Source: a virus
Taxonomy: Duplodnaviria > Heunggongvirae > Uroviricota > Caudoviricetes
Reading direction: 5' to 3' (one strand)
IMG/VR virus record: IMGVR_UViG_2684622542_000012
DNA length: 39,564 nt
The notes below the pieces were generated by a model. It was not told where the DNA came from. It searched no databases and was given only the letters and a program-made list of their open reading frames with translations. Positions 38,605 to 39,564 of the stretch are shown here, one piece after another (position 1 is the stretch's first letter; every line of letters starts with the position of its first letter). Made by a program: the position numbers and the translations under genes.

Positions 38605-39302
38605 TGCAGGACATACAACAGGAAACGCTGAATGAATGCATTCGTGCGGAGCAGTCGGCCAGCGTGGTGCTCTGGGAAATCGACCTGACCGAGGTAGGCG
38701 GGGATCGCTACTTTTTCTGCAATGAGCAGAACGAGAAAGGAGAGTCTGTCACCTGGCAGAGTCGGCAGTATCAGGCCTATCCCATTCAGGGGAGTGGATT
38801 TGAGATGAACGGCAAAGGTGCCAGTGCAAGGCCAACGCTGAAAGTCTCTAATCTGCACGGCATGGTCACCGGGATGGCGGAAGACCTGCAGAGTCTGGTC
38901 GGCGGAACGGTGGTCAGGCGTAAGGTTTACGCCCGTTTTCTGGATGCGGTGAACTTCGTCAACGGAAACAGTGACGCCGATCCGGAGCAGGAGGTGATCA
39001 GCCGCTGGCGTATTGAGCAGTGCAGCGAACTGAGCGCGGTCAGTGCCTCCTTTGTACTGTCCACGCCGACGGAAACGGACGGCGCTGTTTTTCCGGGGCG
39101 CATCATGCTTGCTAATACCTGCACCTGGACCTATCGCGGTGATGAGTGCGGTTATCACGGTCCGGCTGTCGCGGATGAATATGACCAGCCAACGTCCGAT
39201 ATCACGAAGGATAAATGCAGCAAATGCCTGAGCGGTTGTAAGTTCCGCAATAACGTCGGCAACTTTGGCGGCTTCCTTTCCATTAACAAACTTTCGCAGT
39301 AA
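38604..39302 (+). CDS. Minor tail protein L (lambda gpL-like)
   Basis: 232-aa ORF with C-terminal Cys cluster (CTWTYRGDECGY...CSKCLSGCKFRNN) typical of gpL. Position after M. Confidence 0.85.
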   Translation: MQDIQQETLNECIRAEQSASVVLWEIDLTEVGGDRYFFCNEQNEKGESVTWQSRQYQAYPIQGSGFEMNGKGASARPTLKVSNLHGMVTGMAEDLQSLVGGTVVRRKVYARFLDAVNFVNGNSDADPEQEVISRWRIEQCSELSAVSASFVLSTPTETDGAVFPGRIMLANTCTWTYRGDECGYHGPAVADEYDQPTSDITKDKCSKCLSGCKFRNNVGNFGGFLSINKLSQ

Positions 39303-39306
39303 TCCC

Positions 39307-39564
39307 ATGACAGAGACAGAATCAGCGATTCTGGCGCACGCCCGGCGATGTGCGCCAGCGGAGTCGTGCGGCTTCGTGGTGAGAACACCGGAGGGGGAAA
39401 GATATTTTCCCTGCGTGAATATTTCCGGTGAGCCGGAGGAGTATTTCCGGATGGCTCCGGAGGACTGGCTGCAGGCAGAGATGCAGGGTGAGATTGTGGC
39501 GCTGGTCCACAGCCACCCCGGTGGTCTGCCCTGGCTGAGTGAGGCCGACCGGCGGCTGCAGGTG
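39307..39564 (+). CDS. Tail assembly protein K (lambda gpK-like), 3' end truncated by window end
   Basis: MTETESAILAHARRCAPAESCGFVVRTPEGERYFPCVNISGEPEEYFRMAPEDWLQAEMQGEIVALVHSHPGG: Mov34/JAB metalloprotease-like N-terminus (HSHP motif) typical of gpK. Confidence 0.8.
   Translation, partial: MTETESAILAHARRCAPAESCGFVVRTPEGERYFPCVNISGEPEEYFRMAPEDWLQAEMQGEIVALVHSHPGGLPWLSEADRRLQV

Noticed and set aside
1-39564. CRISPR array, tRNA or rRNA genes
   Set aside because: No regularly spaced direct repeats, cloverleaf-like sequences or rRNA-like stretches were seen in the readable sequence. Masked N-runs cannot be assessed.

Overview
The window reads as an almost complete Rac-type lambdoid prophage of an Escherichia/Shigella-like host, running from the integrase (stop codon at bases 1-3) to a truncated tail gene K at the window end. 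Order: int-xis, a leftward early operon (rcbA, ralR, recT, recE, racC, ydaE, kilR, ydaF, ydaG, with sieB opposed), an immunity region (racR divergent from ydaS-ydaT), replication genes (ydaU, ydaV, ydaW-like), a variable accessory region, a nin-like region with a Q-like antiterminator and late terminator, a lysis cassette, the trkG moron, packaging and head genes, then lambda-like tail genes. Protein identities are from my recall of E. coli K-12 Rac/DLP12 and lambda proteins; no database search was run. Seven N-runs (2851-3102, 17481-17734, 18664-18937, 20190-20445, 22557-22842, 26363-26613, 33269-33463) interrupt several genes, and their lengths do not preserve reading frame. The most interesting candidates are an AT-rich two-gene cassette (11904-13943) between the replication and nin-like regions, whose second protein ends in a GNAT-acetyltransferase-like motif, and two lipoproteins between Q and the holin that mimic TolA C-terminal domain III. 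No CRISPR array, tRNA or rRNA was seen.
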